Shown here in pieces: positions 1-11,199 of a DNA stretch of 64,000 bases. Made by a program: the position numbers and the translations under genes. Under the pieces are notes generated by a model. The model was given only the letters and a program-made list of their open reading frames with translations. It did not search any database and had not been told where the DNA came from. Source of the DNA: Eledone cirrhosa (lineage: Eukaryota); contig OZ024743.1 in assembly GCA_964016885.1 (NCBI GenBank), positions 297,724,001 through 297,788,000 of the forward strand, in the 5' to 3' direction. How positions within the stretch are numbered: position 1 is the first letter of the stretch; each line of letters starts with the position of its first letter.

Positions 1-299
1 GCAATGTTAGGACCTCCCAAACTTTTACAAAATAATACATAAATATATAAAATAAATGATAATATACCACTTTTCCTATCCATCTCTATATATTAATGTA
101 TTTTTCTTTACTTACATAGTTGCCGTAAGATAAATAAACAAAGAAATGAATAAATAAATAAATGAACGTGTATATATGGACCTCCGTCGGTTTTTACGAA
201 AAGTGTCTCTTTTTCGAACAATGGAACAGCCTGCTCATATAATTAACCTACAAGTGACTGAGCATTCCACAGACACATTCCATATCCATGACGTTGTTC

Positions 300-492
300 T
301 TGTTGAGATTCAGCGTGAAACAGCGTGTGACTGCGCTGTTCTTTTGAATAACAAGTACAACACATTTTTAGCAATTGATTGGACTGGAGAAACGTAAAAT
401 AAACTTTTGTACTCAAGGTCACAACGAGCTACCAAAAATCAAGGTCATGATCAACAGTCGTACATTCTAACCACTAAACCATACACCCTCAC
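300..492 (-). mobile_element. Degenerate tRNA-derived CORE-type SINE remnant
   Basis: 'ggactggagaaacgtaaaataaac...ctcaaggtcacaac' resembles the reverse complement of the CORE domain and is followed by 'ctaaccactaaacc', a reverse A-box-like motif. Boundaries are approximate. Confidence 0.45.
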
Positions 493-532
493 AAATGAAT
501 GAATGTATGATTGAATAAATAAATATAATAAC

Positions 533-712
533 TGTTTCTACTTTTGGCTCAAGGCCAGCAATTACCCCAGTGCATTACTGGTACTTTATTTCATCGACCC
601 CATAAGGATGGAAGGCAAAGTTAACCTCGGCGGGATTTGAACTCAGACCGTAAAGGGGTGTAACTCTATGCTGCAAAGCATGGCGTCCGACCCTCTACTG
701 ATACCGCCAATC
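533..712 (-). mobile_element. tRNA-derived SINE with Nin-like domain (octopus-type)
   Basis: 'actggtactttatttcatcgaccccataaggatggaaggcaaagttaacctcggcgggatttgaactc' reads on the minus strand as a B box (GAGTTCAAATCCC) followed by a Nin-like domain (GCCTTCCATCCTTATGGGGTCGATGAAATAAAGTACCAGT). Confidence 0.75.
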
Positions 713-1151
713 CATATAACGTTCACCAAATGGACAATTTCAAAACAGGAGTAATTTACATGGCAATATTTCTTTCCTGATATAGTCATTCTATTCAGTT
801 TAATTCATTAAGATTATTTGTACTTCTATTTGAAGCAGTTTATATAGAGAAAGAGTCAAGAAATTCAGCAGTGGGTTTAATCCAGCTAGTAGCTTATCAC
901 GTCCGTGGTAACAGGTATGTAAGTACACTCTTGACAGATGCAATGTGTCCGAATACGGAAGAGCCGAACTCTCACCGTCATCGCCCCCATCTCTCTCGCA
1001 CTCCCCATCTCTCTGTATAGTGAACAAATGGGGTCCTACGTGCTGGCCACCCCACAGCCCCGGCGGACAGAATGGAGAAGGCGTTTCCCCGGAGGATGGT
1101 AAGGGAGATGCGCTAACGTATATTCTATTTGAGCTGTACATAGAATTATAA

Positions 1152-1265
1152 GGCGGTCGTTTTAGCAGAATCTTTAGAGCCTGAGATATGTGTTCCCTCT
1201 GCGCTCAGTTCATATCACGTTAAAGTCCTCTTCGCCGTTTATCTCTTTGGGTGGTGCAGCATTGT
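1152..1265 (+). mobile_element. Highly degenerate plus-strand copy of the same SINE family
   Basis: 'ggcggtcgttttagcagaatctttagagc' (A-box-like), 'cagttcatatc' (B-box-like), then 'ttcgccgtttatctctttgggtgg' (Nin-like). Confidence 0.4.
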
Positions 1266-1348
1266 TTCCTCTCTGGACGTTTCATAGGTTCAGGGTAGTG
1301 TGTCTTCCTCTGCTCATGACGATATGTGCATCTAAAACAATTGGTGAA

Positions 1349-1405
1349 ACACACGCACGCACACACACACACACAGACACACACAGACACACACACACAC
1401 ACACA

Positions 1406-1470
<65 letters not shown>
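1349..1470. repeat. (CA)n microsatellite with a few interruptions
   Basis: About 120 bp of CACA directly visible; it explains the HT/CV-repeat ORFs. Confidence 0.98.
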
Positions 1471-1473
<3 letters not shown>

Positions 1474-1589
1474 CTTACGCACATGCACAAGTATAGCTCT
1501 TTTTACAAAACGTTTTTTTTTTCCATTTCAGGTAAACGGGCTCCATCATCCACTTTTCTAAAAAAATAAATCATACACAAAACGCCAGC

Positions 1590-1745
1590 ATCAACAGTTT
1601 TCCAAGAGATGTCAACATGAATGGACCTGTTATTTTTATCTAAAGACTTTTTTTTCCAATTCCAACACGCCCGTCCCCGCAATCTATCTTATTTCTCATT
1701 CTTTCTTTTGATGAAGGACTAGCATCCGAAACGTTAACATCCTCT
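1590..1745 (+). mobile_element. Possible Penelope-like element 3' remnant (GIY-YIG C-terminus plus hammerhead-like motif)
   Basis: One frame reads SKRCQHEWTCYFYLKTFF, similar to the R..E..IF.L.T..P end of PLE endonucleases. It is followed by TTGATGA-AGGA-CTAGCA-TCC-GAAACGTTA at 1708-1736. Confidence 0.4.
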
Positions 1746-3114
1746 TCCTGTTATTTCAAGCGTTAACCTAATATATTCCTTCCATATACTGTACCGACTG
1801 TGTTGTTATTTCTGTTTACCTTTTACATACATATATATATGTGGCTGTATACATAGCTGTATACATATAGGTATGTGTATTTCGAGTGTCGACAGATTAC
1901 CCGCCCCTGCTTCTGCAGGAATCCGCCTAATGGCCCTAATCAACAGCTTCCAAAATTCATAGCTAAATGCTTTTAAATGTTTATTCATAAAAATACCGTT
2001 ATTTATATATAATGTAGTATACTTGTTATTTGACATTGAGCTATTTTCATACTTGTAACTGGGTAATATTTATTATTACCCACATTATATATATACTTAT
2101 ATATAGCTGCCACTATTCGCTATCGAACTCCACCATTTAATTGTGAAACATATTGTTAAGCAATAATAGAATATGTATGCAAGGATATGAATAATTACTG
2201 AAATTCGGGTATTTACAATTTAAATCAGGTAATGATGTGAAAAATGTATTGCAGATACAGACTATAAAATGAATTTAATTATCATATTGGTGGCCTACTG
2301 AACGCACTTTCTTTCAAAAAACAAAAACAACACATAAAAACGCTTCCCTGCTCCCAATAAACTCGTAACAGCAATGTGAGACCGAACAGAGGGCGAGGAC
2401 AATCATGGTTAAACAATTTAGTTAGTATTACTATTAGTACTCCTAATAGAGTAATACAATACAATTTATATTAGCAAAATGATGTCGAACTTAGATATGA
2501 GTTTTGATAAATTTATGAAGAAATGTACTCAACTTCTTTTTTCTCAAAATATGCTTGTCAAACCAGGAGACGTCAAAAACGAAAGGGCGTCCAATGGGCC
2601 CAGTAAATACGGTATGTCAAATTTGGTTGCATATTCAAGGATCTTTTTTTTCAAAAGCGCCCCCCCCCCCCCCCCCCCCAAGAAACTTTCTGAATGAATC
2701 TTCACCCCACTATCTCTCTTGCTACCGGAACAAAAGGAAACCAATCAGTGAATTGTTGTTATACAAAATGGTGGATCCTCCGTCGGATTTGACTAATAGC
2801 ATTTAGTTGTTCGATCTACAGATCACCGACCTCGTGAATCAATGTGTAAATGCTAGAATAATCCACAGACTCATAAACCCTGAGCATAATCCCTAAGCCG
2901 AACCAACATGAGACAATATGTACAAAATCTGCACCGTTGAATTATATGGTGTTTGATTCGTTCACCAAAATTTCGTGTACGATCCGTTAGCAAGGTACAT
3001 TGTTCATCTGCATAATATACTACTGGATCATGATGCCAAATTCAGGATACTGTATATAGGATGAACAGGATTTAGTTATGCAGTATACTCTGCAGCCCTT
3101 GCAGGTGCAATTGT

Positions 3115-3410
3115 TCCGAGTCAGGACACTTGGAAGTAGTGTCATAATTAAAAAAAACCCAGGTTCTGCTGCTCGTCGGGTTGAGGAGGCCAAACTCCTT
3201 AAATACCGGTCTCTCCGACAGGTTTGCGGTTGTACCCCTGGCAGTGGAGACTTCTGGTGTCCTCGGCCTTAGGGCTACCTCCCTACTCACCACCATAGGC
3301 GCTGAGCTGACCAGCTGCAGGTGTGAACCCCGCGAGTTGGAGTGGCTTCTCCAGTGCGTCTCCCTTGCCGTCCTCCGTGGGAACGCCTTCACCATCCTGT
3401 CCGCCGGGGC
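3115..3410 (+). mobile_element. CRE-clade-like non-LTR retrotransposon fragment: C-terminal restriction-like endonuclease, frameshifted
   Basis: Peptides PGSAARRVEEAKLLKYRSL and, in another frame, FAVVPLAVETSGVLG...EWLLQCVSLAVLRGNA match the K..KY / F.PLAVET.G / LS.A.QRGNA signature of CRE-type RLE domains. The fragment ends in (TG)n. Confidence 0.7.
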
Positions 3411-3639
3411 TGTGTGTGTGTGTGTGTGTGTATGGGGGGGGGGGCATCGCCTAACATTCCATATTTAGGTATCCAGACATCGTTAGTGTAAACATATACA
3501 CACACGCACCAAGGGAGATAATGAAAGGAATGTAAAATAAAGACTAGTAGCCTCCCTTGATAAGATTTGTTATATTGTTCATTCAGTTTCCAAATTAAGA
3601 ATAAATTGCGCGTTTGCAACCAAAAACATAATTTTATGA

Positions 3640-5176
3640 CTAGTAGTCACCCGACCTTCGCCTCTATGCTCAAATCTATTCATAAGGCACCTATTGGAAT
3701 CTATCGTAGAACCAATTTTCCTTAAAAATAAAAGATGTTAAAGGTATTTGAATATTCCATAAATTAATTTTTAAAATTTATTTAGAATATCTAAATACTG
3801 CAATTAATAAAGAAAATAATAGAAAATTGTATTCTTCGAAAATTATAAATCCATCAATATAAACAATGTTTTTAACTTTTTTTTCGGGGGGGGGGGGGGG
3901 GGGGGCATAAATGGAGTGTTTGTTGAGGATTCTTACTCTGGAACAAGCTACATATAGTTGACCATGTGAGAAACATCCCTCTTTTAGATAGAGACCGATA
4001 CCATAAAGTGTTTGACCATAGGACTCGTTGATGGTCATTGGTCAACTGACTCTCACTGGGAATTGCAATCGTTTGAAACAAAAGGGAACATCTGTTGGTA
4101 TTAGCAGTATTCTAGATATAAATATGACTCCTCCCTTAACACATCCAGTGAGGAGTTTGGCTTCGCTAATGGTAAGCTGTACTTCTGTCACAACCATACG
4201 TGTCCTATTACACTTCTGAGAAGCATGGTGACTGCACCCTTCTTCAATTCAAGCTTGTGTGACGGCATACCGAACAGTTCCAGACTAATGAGAAATTCAA
4301 CGGTATAATGAACAACCTCGTCTTTGTCGATAGATTTATAGGTCTGGTTACCTCCAGGGATAACTTGTGCGAGATGTTGCTGATAGCATTCACTTTGATG
4401 TTTTGGGGAGCGAGGATTGTTCTTCCACACAGCCACTCCTCGTTGAAATAGTGGATTTGGAGATGGGAGCATACTTGATTAATTAAACTATCAACGCTTT
4501 CCACAACAGTACAAAATGATGAAGGATCAAAACATCCTTCAGTGTCAGGGGATATTTTGCCTTCACCAAGTTTCAGAAGCTTTCGAGCAAACTCTGCAAA
4601 AATGTTGTCACCCTGAAGTTGTGCCCGCATTTTGGTTCTTAAATTGAATTTGGTGATATGTGGTAATAAAGTTGGCGATTTTAGGCAGGCTCGAACTGAC
4701 CAACGTGAGTCTCCTTTGATATCACAGGTAAAGTTTGTCTGAAGTCCCCTGAGAAAACCGCAGTGATTCCTCCTATAATTGTTGTATGTTCCTGATATAT
4801 TTCAGGGTTCTGTCCAAGGCCTCTAATGTGAGTCTGTGCTCATTTGTGCATCCATCCCCCATAATTGCCACACCTCTCTGCAATATTTTGGCCTGTCCTG
4901 AGTCCTTCTTTATGACACGTACATTTCATTCAAAGTGAGGCCCAAGTTCAAGTTGAAAGCAAAAGGATCTGTCCGACCTATATGTAAAAGTATATCGGTA
5001 ATTCTAGGCGAAGCAAACACTAAAGCTATGTGTTGGTCTTGTCGAAATTTAGACATTAGGTCTATCAAGGTTTTATCAATTCCACCCGGAATATCGATGA
5101 AAAATTGACCATCATTATGTTGCGTAATTGACTCAAGTATTAGGTTGAATGCAATGTCCTGTTGCATTCTGGACAA
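3640..5176 (-). mobile_element. Helitron RepHel, Pif1-like helicase half, pseudogenised, with putative 3' terminus
   Basis: Motifs FFIDIPGGIDKT (degenerate Walker A), WLCGRTILAPQN, EFLISLELFGMPSHKLELKKG and [10 protein letters not shown]...[13 protein letters not shown] lie in different frames. A candidate 3' CTAG|T is at 3640-3643 next to a decayed hairpin ('acccgaccttcg'). Confidence 0.88.
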
Positions 5177-5179
5177 GAA

Positions 5180-6355
5180 AAGGAAAAGACGTTTATTTGG
5201 TTATGATAAATTTATTCAATCAAGATATTTCCCTCATTTTTAATAACATAATCCCATCTGGCAGGCAAGATGTTGATACCTAGCAAATAAAATCCAATAT
5301 CCATTTTTAGCTCTTCTCGATTTGTAAACTGTTTTCCATTTAGAAAATGTTGCAATGATTTGATATGATGATAATCTGATGGGGAAAGGTCTGATAAATA
5401 AGGAAGATGAGACAAAACTTCCATATTAAGTATAAGTATATTTTGTTCTGTGTAATTCGAGTAATATACGGTCTTGCATTGTCGTGTAGGAACAACGTTC
5501 CTTTATGAGTTTCCAATGCTGGTCACTTTGTCTGCAAATTTTGATGAAATGATTCCGTAGCATTAATTGTCTCACCTGATTTCAACACTTTATAATAGAC
5601 GACACCCTTCATATCTTACCAACCACACAGTGCATTTTTCTGGGTCTAGTCGAGGTTTGGGTGTGGTTTCCCCTTTTCATTGGGTGATAACCATTGTTGT
5701 TTTCTTTGGATATTATTTCAGTACCCACTTTTTATCACTGGTTATTATTCTGCCCACAAAGGGGTCATTAGCAAGCCTACTCTTTAATAAAGTGGCAAGA
5801 GCAACTCTTTAATCGAGTTGAGTAGTAGTCAGATTATATGACACCCACTGGTCAAATTTAGACACCTTTCTCAGTTCGTGCAGGTCCTGTGACTTGTATT
5901 GACCACTTTTGCTAATTCTCGTGCAGTTGGCTTCGGATTCTTTTCCACCACATTCCGTAAAATTTCGAGATCGGCAGAACTTGGTCGCCCTGATCGAGGG
6001 GAATTACTTAAGAACAACTTTCTAGATTGAAATTGTTTAAATCCTCGTAGGCATATTTGGAGAGTTGGGGTGTCATGTTTACAAGCAGAACGAATATTCC
6101 TTGCCACGTCTGCTGCTGAGGAATCCTTTTTTATTCATACAGCATACACTGTCTTATATGTGTTTCAGCACTAATTCTAGAGGGGTCAAATTGCATATTA
6201 AGCAATATAACATTAAATTAATCTGAAAAAAGAAACTAACAAACAAGAAAAACATTCGACCAAAAACTGAAACGTCTATCTTGCAGTTAGTATTTAAAAC
6301 GTGTCTTCAAAGCCATTGCCTAAAATGCGACAGGACTTTGTTTCGAACTTATTGT
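5180..6355 (-). mobile_element. Mariner (DD34D) transposon, decayed, inserted in the Helitron
   Basis: Motifs include HTH region ARNI...SPRSGRPS, WVSYNL (WVPHEL-like), IITSDKKW (TGDEKW), FLHDNARPY and HLPYLSDLSPSDYH (YSPDLAPSDY). TIR-like sequence near 6325-6355; the left TIR is not recognisable. Confidence 0.88.
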
Positions 6356-7291
6356 AATGTTATATAATTCTATTTGATCATCTAGTAGTTTTGGTTCGAT
6401 TTTGAAAACAGGGATGAAGTTTTCTAAGTTGTATAAAGTTTCTTGCACAATTTCACTCCTTAGGCCATAAACATTAGTTATATCGATGCAAGGAAGGCCT
6501 TGTCTCGACCAAAGCTGTGTTATAGTGTTCGTATGAAATAGATATTTCTATGTTAGTGTTTCTCAATTGCATTCGTGTTTTATGTAGACGGAAATGTCGC
6601 CCTATACTTCAGCCAAAACGCCGAGGGATTGGCTATGTCACAGTTTTTAATATAATTGCGAACAAATTTCAAATACTTTTGGCGTTCCGAGAGATAGAGA
6701 CGCCTCTGCAAGTGTTGCATCCAATTGATTGTCATCGTCGAACAGACCTCTCCTCATGTCGGCCTCTTAAAAGGAATTCATTTGAGGGCTTCTAACTTCA
6801 TTAAGCAGCATTTTCAAGTAGAAACATTCGTACTGTCTTGGATGTATTGTGTAAATCCTAACTTGTGTCGCTGATTTACGAATTTAAGGATGGTTTTCTA
6901 ATGGACTTTCTTGTTTTCGCCGATTCCATTTTCCTCTCGTTTTATAAAAGCATTAGTAAGATGGTATTTGTCCGTATTGTAGAATTCGTGCAAAGCTGTC
7001 AGTTCTACAATGTTAAAAAAATACAAGCAAAATTCTCCTGCTATAGTTTGTTGAGCTGAGTTTTGGAGTGTAAAATACACTCGATGTTCATTTTCCAAAT
7101 GGACGTCAAGCGTTTTCACCGGTGGGTAATGGGCCTGAATTCGGAATCCCAAAACACACCAGAGTGCTTCGTTACTGCTGATATATTGGCTGTGCTGGAA
7201 GTTAAACACCTTGTCGGACATATTTCGTTGTTGTAGTGTAAACATGCAGTAGGGAAACCCTTCTTAATGTATGTGCACACATACTTTATAG
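6356..7291 (-). mobile_element. Helitron RepHel, Rep C-terminus and linker, pseudogenised
   Basis: IKYVCTYIKKG (Rep Y..KY-type motif, ~7258-7290), YISSNEALW...VHLENEHRVYF, and RIYTIHPRQYECFYLKMLL. Collinear with the helicase half across the mariner. Confidence 0.85.
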
Positions 7292-7320
7292 CCCCCCCCC
7301 CCTCACCGGCCCAATCCTTT

Positions 7321-7425
7321 TTAGGAAAAACGGTTCCTATGCCGCCATGTTTGTGCTAAAATAATGGAATATGACCGACGAGGTGTCCAACTTCCAGCAC
7401 AGCCGATATATTAGTAGTAGAGAGG
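7321..7425 (+). repeat. Inverted partial copy of the adjacent Helitron Rep segment
   Basis: 7346-7419 aligns without gaps to the reverse complement of 7173-7246, 60/74 identical by hand count. Confidence 0.8.
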
Positions 7426-8493
7426 AGACAATGGGCTGAGTCCCCAGATTTTCTCAGCCTCGGAGATTTCTTCGGTGGGGATATTTTTCTTTTCTATATT
7501 TTCTTTTTCGCATATTTTCAACCGATCTTTTTCAGAAAACGGAGGTGTGGTGGACCCTCGGAGTTACAGAAAAGCACATCTAAGCTGTTTAAATTTATCG
7601 AAAAGCACCCGCGGGTCATAGTGAAAAAACGTTTTTCCTATTTTGATTTCGACATGCATACAATCACCGTAATTCCAAAAAAAGGATAAAAGGGTCTCGA
7701 ATTTTCCCAGCCTCGGATATTTCCTGAGGGAAAAGAGACGGAGAGGAGATGGATACTCGGATATAAGATATGCATGATTCAGACGTTTAAATTTATAGAA
7801 ACACAATCCCTTCATGCCGAAAGATGGTTTCATCCTTCAGCATTGGTTACTGTTGTGGAAAGAGATGTAAACCTAATTAAACGAATGTTCCCTAATTCCG
7901 AAATCCAAAATTCCAACTAAGACTGCCTAGGTGAAATGTCGATCCTTCATCCCCAAAATATCATATGGAATACCAAAAAAAAATCTCTCTTTGCTGAATA
8001 CTCATGCACACACATATATATGTACACACACATATAAGCACACAAGCTAAACCCCTCACACAAACGTTTATGGTGCTGTGTATAATTGTTTGTAGTGTAT
8101 GTATGAAGTTATATCACATCTAAGATGTATGGTGAAGAGAATATCTAGAAAGTGCAGAAGAAAATATGTCAGTGAAATTTAATTTAGATAGTGGTATTTA
8201 TAGCAGATTGTAATGTATCAACTAAGTATATAAAGTAGACTATCGACAGAATATATATTGTTTAAATGAATGCCAAAATATATATACATTAATATCTAAT
8301 GCACAATATACTTTAAAATAAAATATTTCTATTACAACGTCTGTTAACTTCATCTAAATGAAATTCTGTCGTACAGATAAATTATAGCCTCTTTTAATGA
8401 AAAATAATGAGAAAAGAAGAAATGAACATGCAATGAAGTGAATTTTAAATAATAGATACTAGACTAAACTTAAATATTATGGCGAAAAATAGT

Positions 8494-8575
8494 CGACGAA
8501 GATGACATTTGAACTCACGCGGGAAGATCACAAAAGATTAGCAGTCCATCACCTTAACCACTCGGCCACCTCGTC
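8494..8575 (-). pseudogene. tRNA-Ser(GCT), most diverged copy (unit 1)
   Basis: GACGAGGTGGCCGAGTGGTTAAGG...CTGCTAA; mismatches in the anticodon, variable and T stems. Confidence 0.8.
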
Positions 8576-9046
8576 TGGTTGGAAACGAAAGCGGAACTCT
8601 TCACATATAGAACTGTAATTTAAGATAAACGTTTATGAATATAATCGCTTGAAAGTTGATAATTTGGTGATAGAAGAATGTCAGCATTCTCATTCTATGA
8701 TAGTATGGGAGAAACAATGTTTCCCAACTATTTTAAGGTATGAAAGGAAATAATCACTAAGATTGTTTTAAATTATTTATGGTTGTGTTTAAAAAACCTA
8801 AGACTGGTTTTAAGGGAAGACAGATTGGAATTAAGATTTCCCCCAGACCAACATCGAATGATAACATCTTTTCTATGCTATTACAATTTACATGATTTCC
8901 AGTGAAATTGAATTAAATATCCAAATGTTAGTTAATTTTCTGGACAAAATGTTGTCATCGACACGGAAGAATGAGAGTGACATTCAACGATAATATTGTC
9001 TAAAACATACATACACTAATTTAAATTGACATCCATTGAAAGACCT

Positions 9047-9119
9047 GGGCTTGTGGCGCAATGGATAACGCGCCTGACTACGGATCAGGAGATTCCAGGT
9101 TCGACTCCCGGCAAGCTCG
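9047..9119 (+). tRNA. tRNA-Arg(ACG), unit 1, T-stem mismatch
   Basis: 73-nt cloverleaf GGGCTTG...CAAGCTCG with A and B boxes and a downstream TTTT. Confidence 0.9.
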
Positions 9120-10571
9120 AAAGACTTTCATTTTGAAGTAGATGTATCAAAATGTTTTTAAATTCATTTTATTTTCATTATATATCTTGCGTATTAGATA
9201 GTTATGTATATATATTTTTGCATTTATTAAAACAATATACATTCTATAGAGAGTTTACTTCATATATTTAACTGATACTTCAAGTTCTGTTATAAATACT
9301 GCTATCTAAAACAAATAAAAATCACATCTTTTCTTCTGCTATTGCTACTTGTTCTCATTCAACATATATCGTAGATGAGATAGAGATTCATACATACACT
9401 ACAAACTATCATACTAATCACCATAAACAACCTTATTATTGATAATCTAATAGAAAATCATAGTAAAATAAAACAAGTTAATTGAAATCTACTGTGTTTT
9501 ATTGAGTAATTGAAATATCAAACAATGATAGTTCGATTAAAATCAAATAAATAAAATAGAAAATACATTATTGTAATTTTCGAAGAAAAACGGTTCGCAA
9601 TCACGTCGAAACTTCCCAATAAGCGATGAAATGTAATTACAATTAGTAGCCTACCTTGTCCTGTTCTTATAAACAGACACATTTGAATCCCCATACAATT
9701 TAAAAGCGAATATTTACAAAATTAGATGGAATCAGGATGGCAGAATTTCCCTTAGATGCACGTAAAAGACGTGATAATAGAAATATTTCAAACCGAGCCG
9801 TCTTTAAAATATGGTGGGTATATTATTCCAGGCATCATTTGTATTACAGTAATACTACCATTGACAAAATTAACTTGTGTTAATAAAAGGTAACATTTTC
9901 ACAATGAACGTTACATTTGTAAAACCTCTCTACTCAAATGCTTTCCTATGACGTCACAACATATATTTTTATATTTAGATTGGACGAATTAGTTTAGCAT
10001 TTCTCACTTTAGTCAAGAAATGAGAACATCGCTAAAGAAGGAAATAAGCTGATATATTAAGGTAGTGTGTAAGATAGTGTGTAAATAGTGTTGAAATCGA
10101 ATGAAGAGGACATTTGGTTAAACACTGAATGTAACTAATAATGGATTGAAATGCTCCAATTTTTACTTTCAGATCTCTGGCATTCCTGTACTTTCCAGTT
10201 CTATTTCTTGATAATCAAATGGTCTATTTTATTTTTAACATAGCAAGAAAGAGTTTCAATCATGTAGTTTCGTTATTGTTTCTTTATATTTGTGAGATCA
10301 TATCTAACAATGTATACAAAATATCTCTGAATATACTTTTAAAAGAATCTATTGCATACATGAGTTCATGATAATTAGATGTAGTCATTGACGAGAGGAA
10401 AGAAGCACTGAGAGTGAGAGAAACTGGAAAACACGCAAAACCAAAGATATTGTTAGACAAATTATTGCCTTTTCAAATGAAAAATAATGAGAATAAAAGA
10501 ATCGAGCGTGTAAGGAATTGAATATTAAATAAGACTTACTAGACTAAACTTAAATAGTATGGCAAAAACTG

Positions 10572-10653
10572 CGACGAAGATGAGATTCAAACTCATGTGG
10601 CACGATCCCAATGGATTAGCAGTCCATCGCCTAAACCACTCGGCCACCTCGTC
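10572..10653 (-). pseudogene. tRNA-Ser(GCT)-like, B-box C56T
   Basis: 82 nt with long variable arm; T loop TTTGAAT. Confidence 0.75.
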
Positions 10654-11126
10654 AATTTTGATAAGAAAAGTGGAACTCTTCACATAGAAAACTGAAGTTT
10701 GAAATAAACGTTTATGAATATAATCGCTTGAAAGTTGATAATTTGGTGATAGAAGAATGTCAGCATTCTCATTCTATGATAGTATGGGAGAACCAAAGAT
10801 TACCAACTATTTTAAAGTATGAAAGGAAGTAATCACTAAAATTGTTTTAAGTTATTTTATGGTTGTGTTTAAGAAACCTAAGACTAGTTTTAAGGGAAGA
10901 CAGATTGGAATTAAGATTTCCCCCAGACCAACATCGAATGATAACATCTCTTCTATGCTATTACAATTTACTTGATTTCCAGTGAAATTGAATTAAATAT
11001 CCAAATGTTAGTTAATTTTCCGGACAAAATGTTGTCATCGACACGGAAGAATTAGAGTGACATTCAACGATAATATTTTCTAAAACATACCTACACTAAT
11101 TTAAATTGACAACCATTTACTAAACT

Positions 11127-11199
11127 GGGCTTGTGGCGCAATGGATAACGCGTCTGACTACGGATCAGGAGATTTCAGGTTCGACTCCTGGCAAGCTCG
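11127..11199 (+). tRNA. tRNA-Arg(ACG), two G-U wobble variants
   Basis: Cloverleaf intact; T27, T49. Confidence 0.9.

Noticed and set aside
860-1115. GC-richer patch with overlapping ORFs (800-1141, 945-1151)
   Set aside because: No recognisable motif. It may be an old repeat, but I cannot assign it.
1190-1561. HT/CV-rich ORFs
   Set aside because: Artefacts of the (CA)n microsatellite.
2874-2905. Telomere-like AAACCCTGA...ATCCCTAAGCCGAACC
   Set aside because: Too short and degenerate to call an interstitial telomeric sequence.
2659-3905. Poly-C (~2659-2678) and poly-G (~3886-3905) runs giving polyproline/polyglycine ORFs
   Set aside because: Simple homopolymers within transposon debris; no evidence of function.
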